A DNA stretch of 64,000 nucleotides from an uncultured virus (IMG/VR IMGVR_UViG_3300032607_001790) (taxonomy: Duplodnaviria > Heunggongvirae > Uroviricota > Caudoviricetes). The stretch lies in IMG/VR virus record IMGVR_UViG_3300032607_001790. One strand, given 5' to 3'. Position numbers and translations under genes: made by a program. Under the pieces are notes generated by a model, which saw only the letters and a list, made by a program, of their open reading frames with translations, did no database searches and was not told the origin of the DNA. Every line of letters begins with the position of its first letter. Within the stretch, counting starts at the first letter, position 1. Below, piece by piece: positions 29,929-39,745 of the stretch.

Positions 29929-30236
29929 TCATCATCTTCATCATCATCACGCAATTCAGCCAATTGATCTTCAATGCCTGCCATCACATAAGCTTTAGCT
30001 ATTGCTTCGGCTTCAAAAACCAAGAATTTGCTTTCTTCAAAATGTTCATCAGGTTTATCGTAAAAGCTTTTGACGAAAGTGTGTGTTTCGTCTAAACGGC
30101 CATTTTTAAAATGCTGCTCTTCGATTAAACGCCAATGAGTGGTACTGCGATGTTCATTAGCTGAAAGAATGGCCAATGCTTTCATTGTGCCGATGCCTTC
30201 GTCTTCTTCTTCAATGACGCGGACGTATTCGCTCAT
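29925..30236 (-). CDS. Hypothetical acidic protein
   Basis: Coupled ORF. Confidence 0.55.
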   Translation of the reverse strand: MSEYVRVIEEEDEGIGTMKALAILSANEHRSTTHWRLIEEQHFKNGRLDETHTFVKSFYDKPDEHFEESKFLVFEAEAIAKAYVMAGIEDQLAELRDDDEDDD

Positions 30237-30784
30237 GGTTTTGATTGACGGCTTTCTACCATCTTAATGATGCGATTTGCCCATGACCTGCCTGCATCTC
30301 CGCCCCATAATTGCCAGGCTATAAACCCTGCATCATCTTCACCACCGCTTTTATTCTTTTCATGGCGGGAGAAAAACGCAGCCATGCGCTTAACTATTCC
30401 ATAACTTATTGATTGACCATTGGCCAAGCTCGTAGCTCTCGCCACTCCACTGCCAATGCCTTGCTTACCAGCTTCCTGCGTGGTTAAACCGCCTTTACCA
30501 TACTTCTTGCGCAGTTCCAGCCCGCGACGCGCTGCAGCCCTTACGGACGATGGAAGGGGAAATGATTCGGCATCTCCTCGATCTTCTTGGAATGTTTCTA
30601 CATAAGCTTTTAAGTATGCTTCGCTTGCATCTTTTTGTTTCACAGGCACACCTGCTTCGCTTAATACAATTGCTAGCGCTTGACGACCATTCTTCACTAA
30701 TTCACCGCTGCTGCTTTTAAGCGTACCGGCTCCAAATTCTTTCATTACAGAAGCAATTTTTGCTTGCTTTTCTTTTTTAGTCAT
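30233..30784 (-). CDS. Two-domain head-associated protein (N-terminal DUF6496-like)
   Basis: KIASVMKEFGAGTLKSSSG..QALAIVLSEA, then ARRGLELR..GVARA..RMAAFFSRH..IAWQLWGGDAG. Confidence 0.6.
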   Translation of the reverse strand: MTKKEKQAKIASVMKEFGAGTLKSSSGELVKNGRQALAIVLSEAGVPVKQKDASEAYLKAYVETFQEDRGDAESFPLPSSVRAAARRGLELRKKYGKGGLTTQEAGKQGIGSGVARATSLANGQSISYGIVKRMAAFFSRHEKNKSGGEDDAGFIAWQLWGGDAGRSWANRIIKMVESRQSKP

Positions 30785-30801
30785 TACTGTTTTTTCTTAG
30801 T

Positions 30802-31332
30802 CTAAGCTTTCGCTCCATAAAAATACAAATCACAAGATTGAGTATTCACGCTGAATTGATGCTCAATAAAAATAGAAGAAAAATCTATGAAACCAAAATC
30901 TTCTTCCGTCAAATTTAAGTAGTAGCTCCACCCTTTTGCAATGGTCAAAGGACTGTCTTGTGGTGTTGAGCGTTCAGTGCCGTGTTCAGGGCGTCCAGTG
31001 GTAGCACAAGTAAATATCACGAGCCCTCCGCTTGCGCAAAGGCGAACCATGTTTAGGAAAGTTTCCTTCCAGAAAGGATTGTGCTCAAAGCATTCACAGG
31101 ATATACAGCAATCAAACAACTTGTCGCTGTCGTATTCGTGCCCGCTAATAACAACATCCACTCCCGGACCACTACCCACATCTACGCCCACGTATTCACT
31201 AGAAGTGAAGGCATTTCGCACTGTGCCATTGATATTCAAGCTTCCTATTTCTAAAGTTCTTTCTCCGCTAAAAGCAATAGGAAATTTAGCTTTGAGAGAA
31301 TCAATGTAATCTGATTGTTCTTTGTGAGCCAT
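30802..31332 (-). CDS. Class I SAM-dependent methyltransferase
   Basis: LEIGSLNING, YVGVD..GPGVD and FDCCISCECFEH motifs. Confidence 0.85.
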   Translation of the reverse strand: MAHKEQSDYIDSLKAKFPIAFSGERTLEIGSLNINGTVRNAFTSSEYVGVDVGSGPGVDVVISGHEYDSDKLFDCCISCECFEHNPFWKETFLNMVRLCASGGLVIFTCATTGRPEHGTERSTPQDSPLTIAKGWSYYLNLTEEDFGFIDFSSIFIEHQFSVNTQSCDLYFYGAKA

Positions 31333-31334
31333 GA

Positions 31335-32054
31335 TTAATTAATGAATCCAATGGGAGCGGTGGCAATGTTCATGCCAGGGAAAAATCTATCCCGATACAA
31401 GACCATGCCTGTAATCAGTCGTTCTGCAATAAAGGCAATTGCCCTTTTGTCATAGCCTTCAATTTTCAATAAAGATTCTTTGTTTTCCTCCCAAATTGGC
31501 GTCAATGCATCTAAAATAGTAGTCATAAACTCTTGGTATTGACTGCGTGGTCCACGCGCCATGTTGCAACCAATAAATAAATTCTGCTGCCAAATTTTAT
31601 CTATCTCTTCGCGAGAGAATAGCCATTGCCCCGTATCAGCCAGTGCCTTGGTAATTGACGGCGCATCAAATGCCGAATGCCCACTATAAAATTGCTGCTC
31701 AAGACTACAACTAAATGTTGCAAACTCTGGAACGTACAACGTGTTTTCGTCGTACCACTCGTTGCTTGGCTCAACCCAATTGCGCCGATACTGTGCATTG
31801 CCAATGTTCGCCTGCTGAGCATTATTGACTATCCATTGAATGCACGACAGTTCACCAAGGTAGGGGTTTAATGGGGAAAGAAATGATTGCTCTTCGTCAT
31901 CAAAAACATAACCTTGCTGACGCAAGTCTTCGCGCTCTCCTTCAAGTAATTTATATGCTCCGCCCATGATGGGAATCAATGGAGCGCGAGACGAATAGCG
32001 CACCGTCTTACCGGGAATACATACTGCGTAGATGGCGCAATCAGACGGTTGCAT
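31335..32054 (-). CDS. DUF4422-like polysaccharide-biosynthesis/glycosyltransferase-like protein (probable start MQPSDC at 32054)
   Basis: LNPYLGELSCIQWI, IGNAQYRR, CNM and RAIAFIAERL motifs. Confidence 0.7.
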   Translation of the reverse strand: MQPSDCAIYAVCIPGKTVRYSSRAPLIPIMGGAYKLLEGEREDLRQQGYVFDDEEQSFLSPLNPYLGELSCIQWIVNNAQQANIGNAQYRRNWVEPSNEWYDENTLYVPEFATFSCSLEQQFYSGHSAFDAPSITKALADTGQWLFSREEIDKIWQQNLFIGCNMARGPRSQYQEFMTTILDALTPIWEENKESLLKIEGYDKRAIAFIAERLITGMVLYRDRFFPGMNIATAPIGFIN

Positions 32055-32754
32055 ACACTTCTCTCGCAGCCCAAAGTTCGTTGTAATTATTAACGCCCTT
32101 GGCACCAATTCCAGTTAAGTCGCCCCCTCCAGATGGCTTGCTCCATGCCATGATCGTGCCATCGGGAAGAACAAAGGCTCTATTCTTTTGCTCATGCGTA
32201 GGCGTGAGTTCTAAGTAATCACCATAAACAAAATTAGTTTCACCACCATTAGCAGCTAATGCAGCGCCTAATAGCGATGGTCCAGTAGGGCATAATGGCG
32301 TGATGCCATAATATTTATTTTTACAATTATTAATAATCATTTCAATAGCAAATTGTAAAGCGGTATTATCAGGCTTGGAGTAAAGAACAGTAGTAGCACA
32401 AGCCCATGAAGTAAAGCTAAATCGCTGAATATCTCTAAATGCTAAGAAATCAATGCGTTCGCCCACCTCTACTGGATTAACCATTCTTACGCCAATATCT
32501 AAGTACCACCCCCCAAGTTTATTAAGTAAACAGAATCTTCCTAAATCTGCTTTGTATGAATATGGCTTCAAGCAATCATAAGCTGATACCACGCTTTCTC
32601 CATAATTTTCGCTAATAAAATTGCGTAATGTTTCTTTGTTGTACAATTGATAATCAGCGCCAGGAAATGCGCCTTGCACTGTGCCAGTGGCATGTTTCAG
32701 AAATGGTGACAATTCTGCGTCACTATCAGAAAGAAAGATTTGAGAAACGTTCAT
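32041..32754 (-). CDS. Glycosyltransferase, GT32/OCH1-like
   Basis: KADLGRFCLLNKLGGWYLDI and PTGPSLL motifs. Confidence 0.82.
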   Translation of the reverse strand: MNVSQIFLSDSDAELSPFLKHATGTVQGAFPGADYQLYNKETLRNFISENYGESVVSAYDCLKPYSYKADLGRFCLLNKLGGWYLDIGVRMVNPVEVGERIDFLAFRDIQRFSFTSWACATTVLYSKPDNTALQFAIEMIINNCKNKYYGITPLCPTGPSLLGAALAANGGETNFVYGDYLELTPTHEQKNRAFVLPDGTIMAWSKPSGGGDLTGIGAKGVNNYNELWAAREVYATV

Positions 32755-32756
32755 GA

Positions 32757-33989
32757 TTAATTAATCCGGGCAGGAGCACCAAAACCTTTAAAGGTCGATG
32801 GTGGTTGATTGTTCAAGGTGCGGTTCACGATAGAAAGCAATTGCTTTCCAATATTATCCCATTCAAATGCTGGTTCACAAGCTCGTCCATAGCACCAATC
32901 AGCATCTTTATTTAGCGCATCACGATTATCGTAATAATAAGAAAGCAACTCTGCACCATGGCTTGCTGATGGAATGCCTCTATCTAAACCATAATTTCTA
33001 TCTACTTCCCAGCTTTCAATATCCATGCGTGGCACATTGTAAAAAATCTCTTTTAAGCTTGTGTGATCAGGAACCACTTGCGCTTTTTTTGTGGCGGCAT
33101 GTTCAAAGTTCACAAGCCCCCAGCCTTCGCCCATACAAGTATTAATACCAACATCACAAGCGTTATACACTTTATTTAATTGTTCAATGGGAAGGCAATT
33201 ATTTACATCAAAATGAGGACTGGTAAGAATTAATTTACTAGCGGCGTCATAATCTTCATCGCGGGCCATCCGTTTGAATAATGGCACCAAATCCCATCCC
33301 ATATCTCTTGGCCCCATATGCAGCCATAATCGAGCATCTGGTTTATCTTTAGCAAATTGAATAAAGCTTTTAATCGTAATGTCAATGCGTTTGCGTGGTT
33401 GATTCCTGTTGCCATTAAAAACAATAAACGTATCTTCTGGTACGCCAAGATCACGCCTGCATTCGTTTTGATCAATGGGAAAAAACGAAGCTTTATCTAC
33501 ACCATGAGGAATAATATCAAGAGAACCTTCATAGCCAGCCTTGCGAACTTCTTCTGCACCAAATTCTGTATATACACCAAAGCCATCCCAGTCCACAGCC
33601 ATTTTCATGGTTTCAGGGAAAATACCATAGGAATCGATAGGGCTATACGAATAAAATTTAAACCCCAATGCTTCTTTTGATGGTTTTACTGCTTCCCATA
33701 AATTTAAATTCACCCAGAAATCATTAGTGGTCCAAATTAGGTCGGGCTTGATTTGCTGGACAATTGATGCAATACGATGAGCACCGAATGGATCATTGCC
33801 ATGAATACCAGCAGGATACACTTTGTAATTTTGCGCTTCAGGGGAGTAATCGCCCCAATAATTAACGGCTAAAACGTGTACATCCTGCTCTTTTGCTAGT
33901 ATTGGCAGTAGATGTGCGGCCACTCGTCCAAAGCCCGTTTGCACGAACGCATCGCCAACGTAAAGGATTCGCGCCATAAGAAAAACCAA
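32757..33989 (-). CDS. Glycosyltransferase, GT-B/GT4
   Basis: TGFGRV, IIPHGVD, NRNQPRKRID and YNACDVGINTCMGEGWGLVNFE motifs. Confidence 0.9.
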   Translation of the reverse strand: MVFLMARILYVGDAFVQTGFGRVAAHLLPILAKEQDVHVLAVNYWGDYSPEAQNYKVYPAGIHGNDPFGAHRIASIVQQIKPDLIWTTNDFWVNLNLWEAVKPSKEALGFKFYSYSPIDSYGIFPETMKMAVDWDGFGVYTEFGAEEVRKAGYEGSLDIIPHGVDKASFFPIDQNECRRDLGVPEDTFIVFNGNRNQPRKRIDITIKSFIQFAKDKPDARLWLHMGPRDMGWDLVPLFKRMARDEDYDAASKLILTSPHFDVNNCLPIEQLNKVYNACDVGINTCMGEGWGLVNFEHAATKKAQVVPDHTSLKEIFYNVPRMDIESWEVDRNYGLDRGIPSASHGAELLSYYYDNRDALNKDADWCYGRACEPAFEWDNIGKQLLSIVNRTLNNQPPSTFKGFGAPARIN

Positions 33990-34013
33990 TCTTGATTGAT
34001 GATAATGGCAAAA

Positions 34014-34691
34014 TCAAACGGGGACTACTTGCGCCTGGCCGCGATAATAAACAACGCTGCATTTACATCTGGCACCACATTCGCAACGAATACCAGGCAT
34101 AGGCAAGCTACCAATAGAAACCATCCCACGAGCTGCATAACCAATGCAATCCCCACAATGCACGGCTTGATCATCTAGCACTCGCCGCATCATCGAGAAG
34201 CCTCGCTGTTGCTCCTTCATTTCAGTGCCTTGCCAATACGAACCACGAGCGCTTTGCGCATATAAGCCAATACGCGCCATTGCCATTGGTGCTGAAATGC
34301 GACCATCAATTAAATCACGAGCAAAGCCTTGTAGGTAGGTGTATTCAGAACGTAGACGTTGACCGATACGGCCATATTCGCTACGTCCCATTTCAGCTTT
34401 ACCGCCATAGCCAATAGTGGCAACTTGTATATGAGCGATTTTAATTGCTTCACGTACACTGCCTTGCCATTGCTCCAAGGTTATAGAACTATTGACAAGC
34501 TTTTCTGTGAAGCTTTTTAGCTGTTGCTCAAGTTTGCTGATGCGACCATCAACAATAGCACCAACTGCTTTTTTGCTTAAGAATTGCCCCTTTTCGTTTC
34601 TATAACGTCCAACTTTGCGGTCGTAAGACCACTCAGCGTCCATCCTGGTGGACATTATGGCATTACTGAAAGCAGCTAAATCATTCAACAT
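34014..34691 (-). CDS. MuF-like minor head protein (probable start MLNDL)
   Basis: Follows the portal gene. C-terminal HC..C...LPMPG..C.C...C.C motif. Confidence 0.7.
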   Translation of the reverse strand: MLNDLAAFSNAIMSTRMDAEWSYDRKVGRYRNEKGQFLSKKAVGAIVDGRISKLEQQLKSFTEKLVNSSITLEQWQGSVREAIKIAHIQVATIGYGGKAEMGRSEYGRIGQRLRSEYTYLQGFARDLIDGRISAPMAMARIGLYAQSARGSYWQGTEMKEQQRGFSMMRRVLDDQAVHCGDCIGYAARGMVSIGSLPMPGIRCECGARCKCSVVYYRGQAQVVPV

Positions 34692-36936
34692 TATCAGCTT
34701 CCAGCAATTCTTTAAATTTAGCTGGTGCTTCTTCTTTCCATTGTTGCATTGCCTTTTCAATATCTTCGTCCGAAATGAAAGCTGCTTCATCAATATCAGC
34801 CAACATCACCCCTTCAGTTTTTACTGGAGTGATTGCATCTTCTTTAGTTGCTAGAAATTCTTCATGCTTTTCAAGAAATATTGAATGCGTAGAACACGGC
34901 ATAAATATTGGACCATCTTCACCTTCTTCTTGATGGAAGCCATTACAACCAATTTTCTTTGCTGTTGCTAAAGCTTCTTCTTTAGTGGCATATGAATGTG
35001 CGGCTGGATCTTTGGCATCCACTTTGCTGCTAACCATTTTTGCCGGTCCTTTGCGGTCAGGGTCGGGGTCAGCTTTACGCTTACGGGCAACAATTGTTTG
35101 ACGCTCTTCTTTTGATAGTGCTTGTGCTTTTGCTTTAGGGAGGCATTTCGGCTTGCCTTCCTTTTCTTCGCGCCCACCACATGGTCCCATTATTTCACCA
35201 TTAGCACCAATCCTTACCCAGCCTTCTTTAAACCATTGCCCAAGATCATCTTCATTGATTTCGCCATTGTCACCTTTAAATGCACCGCTAGTGGAACCAT
35301 GCTTCTCCTTGTACATCCGCTTGTACTGTTGCACTACATAACCACTGGCATAAGCTGATGGCCATACTTTAAATTTCGCTTTTGCTGCAGCTACAGCACG
35401 GCTATGAAGAGCTGCATCAGTAAATTTCACATCACCACTCACTTCTTCTAAATCACCAGGAAGAAATAAGCCAGCAGCATCTTCCACTTCACGACTGCCA
35501 TCCATTGGCAAGGTGCCATTTTCTTCATCTAATGGATCACGACCACCAACTGGAACTGCAGGCTTGACGCTTTCTTGTTGACCAGCGCCACTTCCCGGCT
35601 GGGCCGGAAGCTCACGAGGAAGCGATGGGTCGAGAGTGAGTTCCATTGACCATTCAGAGCCGCCATAACGAGCATCTGCCACTTCTTTCGGATGAAGCAC
35701 CCCTAGTTGGATATAGCGACCATCAACAGCAGCTACACGCGCTCTAACATCAGCTTTTTCGCGTTCATTTAATTCAAATAGATCATTAAATTTAATCCGC
35801 CATGATTCAGGCAATCTGCCATTTGTTGGGCCTTCTTTGCTTAGCATTAAAATTTTCATTAAATGCTGTAATGATCTCTTATAATGCGTGGATTGATAGT
35901 CACCAAGATGTTTTGCAAAGTCACGTTCCTCACTGCGGCCAGTAGAACCAAGGCCGCCAGGACTTTCGCCAAACAAAATTGTATGTGGTATTTGTGATGC
36001 TCCAATAATATCAATGCGAAGTTTTTCTAATATTTCACCAACACCACCAAAATTCCTGCTAATAAATTCAAGCTCTTCTTTTTCTGCATCAATTGCATAG
36101 CCGCGATAGATGCTTTTGCTCATATCATTTAACACTAAGCGATCTCTTACATCATTTTCTTTGCCAGCAGCCAGCATAGAAGAAAGGCCGCGTAGTTTAT
36201 GTACAAAAATATCAAATTCCGTTAACAATGTCGCGGCAGAGCTAATACCAGTGGAATAAAAACGAAAGCTGTCATATACACTTTGCAGCGTACTCATTCC
36301 CCACCCATAGTTTCTTTGTCTAATGCGATATGGTAACCACTCACCATCAAAACGCAACACTCTATCTTTATGAATTTTTACCAATTGTGGTTGCCTAATA
36401 AGATCACCAGAAATAATTTGATAATAAGTTGCTTTTGAATAATCATACAAGCTATCTTCATTTATTACTGGTGCAATCTGCCAGCGATCTAATACTTCCA
36501 TGCCTTCTACAGCACGAATATTACGATAATCAACTGGTTGATCTGCTGACCTACCATCATCGATATAAAGCAAAATTACTGAGCCGCCAAATAACCTTGC
36601 ATTCTTGGAGGCTAATCCCAGATTTTCAAGGATATACAGGTCTTCTATTATTTGTTCGATGCCAGCCACCTCTTTTGCTGCTGCGCCTTCACCACCAAAT
36701 AAAACCTTGAACCCTTTCCTGGTGGATTGTTCTGCGACAATATCTACAATACGTTTAGGAATCCATTCGCTATAAAGATTCTCTAATTCTTCTTGGGTAA
36801 GGAAGACGATGGGGGTGGAATTGGTGTACTGGCTTTTATCTCTTCCCGTGCCCATGCCCGTTAAAGCATTCACCAAACCATCAGCCCTAAAGAAATTGTC
36901 ACCATTGTGTCCTAAATCAACAGTTTCGTTTGACAT
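34681..36936 (-). CDS. Portal protein (DUF1073-like) with about 300 aa C-terminal extension
   Basis: LY.EWIPKRIVD, ARLFGGS, IHKDRVLRF, WGMS.LQ, IPHTILFGESPGGL and F..LFEL.EREKA motifs. Confidence 0.9.
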   Translation of the reverse strand: MSNETVDLGHNGDNFFRADGLVNALTGMGTGRDKSQYTNSTPIVFLTQEELENLYSEWIPKRIVDIVAEQSTRKGFKVLFGGEGAAAKEVAGIEQIIEDLYILENLGLASKNARLFGGSVILLYIDDGRSADQPVDYRNIRAVEGMEVLDRWQIAPVINEDSLYDYSKATYYQIISGDLIRQPQLVKIHKDRVLRFDGEWLPYRIRQRNYGWGMSTLQSVYDSFRFYSTGISSAATLLTEFDIFVHKLRGLSSMLAAGKENDVRDRLVLNDMSKSIYRGYAIDAEKEELEFISRNFGGVGEILEKLRIDIIGASQIPHTILFGESPGGLGSTGRSEERDFAKHLGDYQSTHYKRSLQHLMKILMLSKEGPTNGRLPESWRIKFNDLFELNEREKADVRARVAAVDGRYIQLGVLHPKEVADARYGGSEWSMELTLDPSLPRELPAQPGSGAGQQESVKPAVPVGGRDPLDEENGTLPMDGSREVEDAAGLFLPGDLEEVSGDVKFTDAALHSRAVAAAKAKFKVWPSAYASGYVVQQYKRMYKEKHGSTSGAFKGDNGEINEDDLGQWFKEGWVRIGANGEIMGPCGGREEKEGKPKCLPKAKAQALSKEERQTIVARKRKADPDPDRKGPAKMVSSKVDAKDPAAHSYATKEEALATAKKIGCNGFHQEEGEDGPIFMPCSTHSIFLEKHEEFLATKEDAITPVKTEGVMLADIDEAAFISDEDIEKAMQQWKEEAPAKFKELLEADNVE

Positions 36937-37001
36937 TTACGGCTTTAGTGTGTTCCCTTTATCTTAACAGTGGCTATGATAATATTGATTTGTTTTTCTT
37001 T

Positions 37002-37496
37002 ATGCCCACTCCGATTTCGTTTGTCTTTACTGAAGAAGAAAGAAAGCTTGCGACGGAAGAGGGAATGAGGAGGCAGGGAGTCAATGAAGCGAAGGGTCTT
37101 CGTGGTCGCAATGGTGGAGCATGGAAAGGTAGCAAAGCGCTGGACATTCACTTGCTTGGTGCTGCGGGGGAGCTAGCAGTGGCAAGCTATCTGGGGCTGA
37201 AACACGAGCTCTACAAGGAAACAGAAGCGCGTCGCGGGTCTGATGACCTTCCTGGTATTGACGTAAAAACGCGCTCCAATCATTCTTATGATTTAATTGT
37301 TCAAAAAAACGAAGATCCTCGGAAAAAATTCGTTTTAGTCACCATTTTTAAACAGCAAACACTGATCTGGGGATGGTGTCACGGGGAAGACGCAATGAAA
37401 GATGAATATTGGGCTGATCCTGCTCGCGGTCGACCTGCTTATTTCATCCCTAAAGAACAATTGTCTCCTCTTGATACTCTTACATGGCAAGACTAA
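37002..37496 (+). CDS. PD-(D/E)XK-like nuclease-fold protein upstream of terL (probable start MPTP)
   Basis: GAAGELAVA...DD...IDVKT motif. Confidence 0.55.
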   Translation: MPTPISFVFTEEERKLATEEGMRRQGVNEAKGLRGRNGGAWKGSKALDIHLLGAAGELAVASYLGLKHELYKETEARRGSDDLPGIDVKTRSNHSYDLIVQKNEDPRKKFVLVTIFKQQTLIWGWCHGEDAMKDEYWADPARGRPAYFIPKEQLSPLDTLTWQD

Positions 37497-38863
37497 CCTG
37501 TGGCGATTTTGCTAAGCACGTATTAAATACTCCGCTGTGGCCTAAGCAACAAGAAATATTAAATGAATATTTTGGTGGTGGTAAAAGCCATGCAGTATGG
37601 GCACTTGGCCGAAGAGCAGGAAAAACACTTATGGCTTCTATTGCAGCAGCATATGCTTGCTTTATTTTAGAAAGCTATTATAAAAATAAAGTACGAAAAA
37701 ACGAAAAGTGGTATATTGTTACTATTGCGAATGACCAGCAACAATCAAAGATTTCTTTGAATAATATCCGTCAATTAATATTAGATAGCCCTCTTGGTGG
37801 TGAAATTACGAGGGAAACTGCAACAGAAATCGAAATTAGCAATGGTTGTGTATTCCAAGCAATTCCTGCCTCTGCTCGTGCTTCTCGCGGTAAAGCTGTA
37901 GTAATGTGTATATTTGACGAGCTTGCCTTCCAGTTGGAAGGAGATGCGAATAGAGGCGCAAAAGCAATATACGACGCGCTGTCACCTTCTATCGCTCAAT
38001 TCGGTAGTCATGGCCGAATACTAGAGTTGTCTTCACCTTGGCTCACTGATGGATTATTTTATTCCCATTTCAAAGAAGCAGAGAGTGGTGATTTTCCATT
38101 CATGCAAGCAAAAAACATTCCAACATGGGAAATAAATCCTAATCTTCCATGGGGCTGTCCTTTCCTTGAAGCAGAACAGAAGCGAGATGAAGATAAGTTC
38201 TGGACAGAATATGGTGCAAGATTTAGAGGCAACAAGTCTTCACTATTAGCAACTGAAGTTATAGATGCTGCAATTAATAAAGATAGAAATATTTTATTGC
38301 CATCGAGAGAATTTATGGGGAAATATGTATTAGCACTTGACCCTGCTCGTGGTGGTGTTGGGCGAGATGAATATATTGCTTGTATTGTGCATTTTGATCA
38401 CGCTAGTTTAATTGTAGATAAATTCCATGCATTCGCTGCGGATTTTGAGATCAATGGTAAAAAAGAAGTTTCTATTCAAGCAGTAGAAGATTGGATACGT
38501 GAACACCATAAAACTTACCAGTTTGATAGTATCGTGCTTGACCAGTTCAATAGTTCAGCTACCATTCAAAGTTTATCCGCTGATTTCCCGATTCGAGAAC
38601 TTACCTGGTCTGTAAGTACCAAGATGCAAGCTTTCAGTAAAATGAAAGAATTATTTAATGCTGGCCTTGTTGATATATATCCACACACGCAAGCTATTAG
38701 ACAACTTAAAAATTTAAATGTTCTTTATAGGCAAAGTGGTCAATGGTCAGTAACTGGTGGTAAAGAAATTGGTGTGGATGATTATTGCTTTGCTTTAGCT
38801 GCTGCAATCCTTGAAGCTTCCAAAGATGATGACTTAAATTGGCTGGAAAGTTTAATTCGCTGA
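37484..38863 (+). CDS. terL: Terminase large subunit
   Basis: PKQ, Walker A GRRAGKT, Walker B CIFDE, coupling motif LSSP, and nuclease residues LALDPA and DDYCFA. Confidence 0.92.
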   Translation: MARLTCGDFAKHVLNTPLWPKQQEILNEYFGGGKSHAVWALGRRAGKTLMASIAAAYACFILESYYKNKVRKNEKWYIVTIANDQQQSKISLNNIRQLILDSPLGGEITRETATEIEISNGCVFQAIPASARASRGKAVVMCIFDELAFQLEGDANRGAKAIYDALSPSIAQFGSHGRILELSSPWLTDGLFYSHFKEAESGDFPFMQAKNIPTWEINPNLPWGCPFLEAEQKRDEDKFWTEYGARFRGNKSSLLATEVIDAAINKDRNILLPSREFMGKYVLALDPARGGVGRDEYIACIVHFDHASLIVDKFHAFAADFEINGKKEVSIQAVEDWIREHHKTYQFDSIVLDQFNSSATIQSLSADFPIRELTWSVSTKMQAFSKMKELFNAGLVDIYPHTQAIRQLKNLNVLYRQSGQWSVTGGKEIGVDDYCFALAAAILEASKDDDLNWLESLIR

Positions 38864-38911
38864 TTGGCATTAGAATTTTCAAGAATTTACTTTTATCCCA
38901 TTTCATGAAAA

Positions 38912-39094
38912 ATGACAAATTTTGAACTTTCCCTTAAAGAAGCATCATATTTGGTTGCAATTCTTGAAGCCAATAGACAAACTGCTCTCCAACTTCTTGC
39001 TGCTGATCATTTCTATCAGCCTTCTTTATTGCCTCGTCTCAAAAAATTTCAACAAATGCTAAAAAACGAACATTTAGCAAAGCAAAAAGAATAG
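38912..39094 (+). CDS. Hypothetical protein
   Basis: Short ORF with ATG following terL. Confidence 0.45.
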   Translation: MTNFELSLKEASYLVAILEANRQTALQLLAADHFYQPSLLPRLKKFQQMLKNEHLAKQKE

Positions 39095-39118
39095 AATATT
39101 TATTCATGCTGCTTTACC

Positions 39119-39304
39119 ATGGTTCTGTCAAAAGCTGCGGAAAAAGCATTTGATGCTGCAATAGAAGCTGCATACATAATGGAAGAAGCAGGAAAGCGAT
39201 GGGCTAGAAATAGTAAGGAGATCGCTGTGGCAAGCATGATCTATGATTGGCGCATAGAAGAATACGACGCATTAAGCGAAAACCAATGTTCTTACAACGT
39301 ATAG
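39119..39304 (+). CDS. Hypothetical protein
   Basis: ccATG start typical of this genome. Confidence 0.45.
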   Translation: MVLSKAAEKAFDAAIEAAYIMEEAGKRWARNSKEIAVASMIYDWRIEEYDALSENQCSYNV

Positions 39305-39715
39305 CCATGATTTGCTTATTGTATTCATTAAATGGCAAGCGTTATGAAGAAATTGTGCCATTGCATTTAGCACGACTAAGAAATAAGCAATTATTCCTAC
39401 AAGGTGCAGCAGTGTATTGGAGTGAACGCTGTTAAACTTTAGGAGCTTCTGCAGAGCCCAGTGGCCACTGGTGACCAGCATCTCATCGCTGCTGGTCGTT
39501 AAATAGGAATAACAAAGAACTGAAGACCCTTTGTTGTTTTGTAAGTGGGATGCCCGCCGCACGGGCTAAAGAGCTATTGCGTTCTAATCCTGCTTCACAA
39601 CTTTTGATAATTTTCTTGCAGCATTTCATGCCGCTGTAGCTTGAAGGGGGAATAACGAGAACTGCCCTCGTCTCTTCTAGGCTATGTGCCTAGCGCTGCT
39701 CAGCTTCCCCTGAAT

Positions 39716-39745
39716 ATTATATTATGCAGCACTATAGGCAGGCAA
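39716..39745 (-). promoter_or_regulatory. sigma70-type promoter TTGCCT-N18-TATAAT at the end of nrdB, pointing into a structured non-coding region
   Basis: Read directly from the minus strand. Confidence 0.5.

Noticed and set aside
34681..36936. Anti-CBASS Acb1 call for the DUF1073-like gene
   Set aside because: Synteny and motifs indicate portal. No paired HxT 2H-phosphoesterase motifs were seen.
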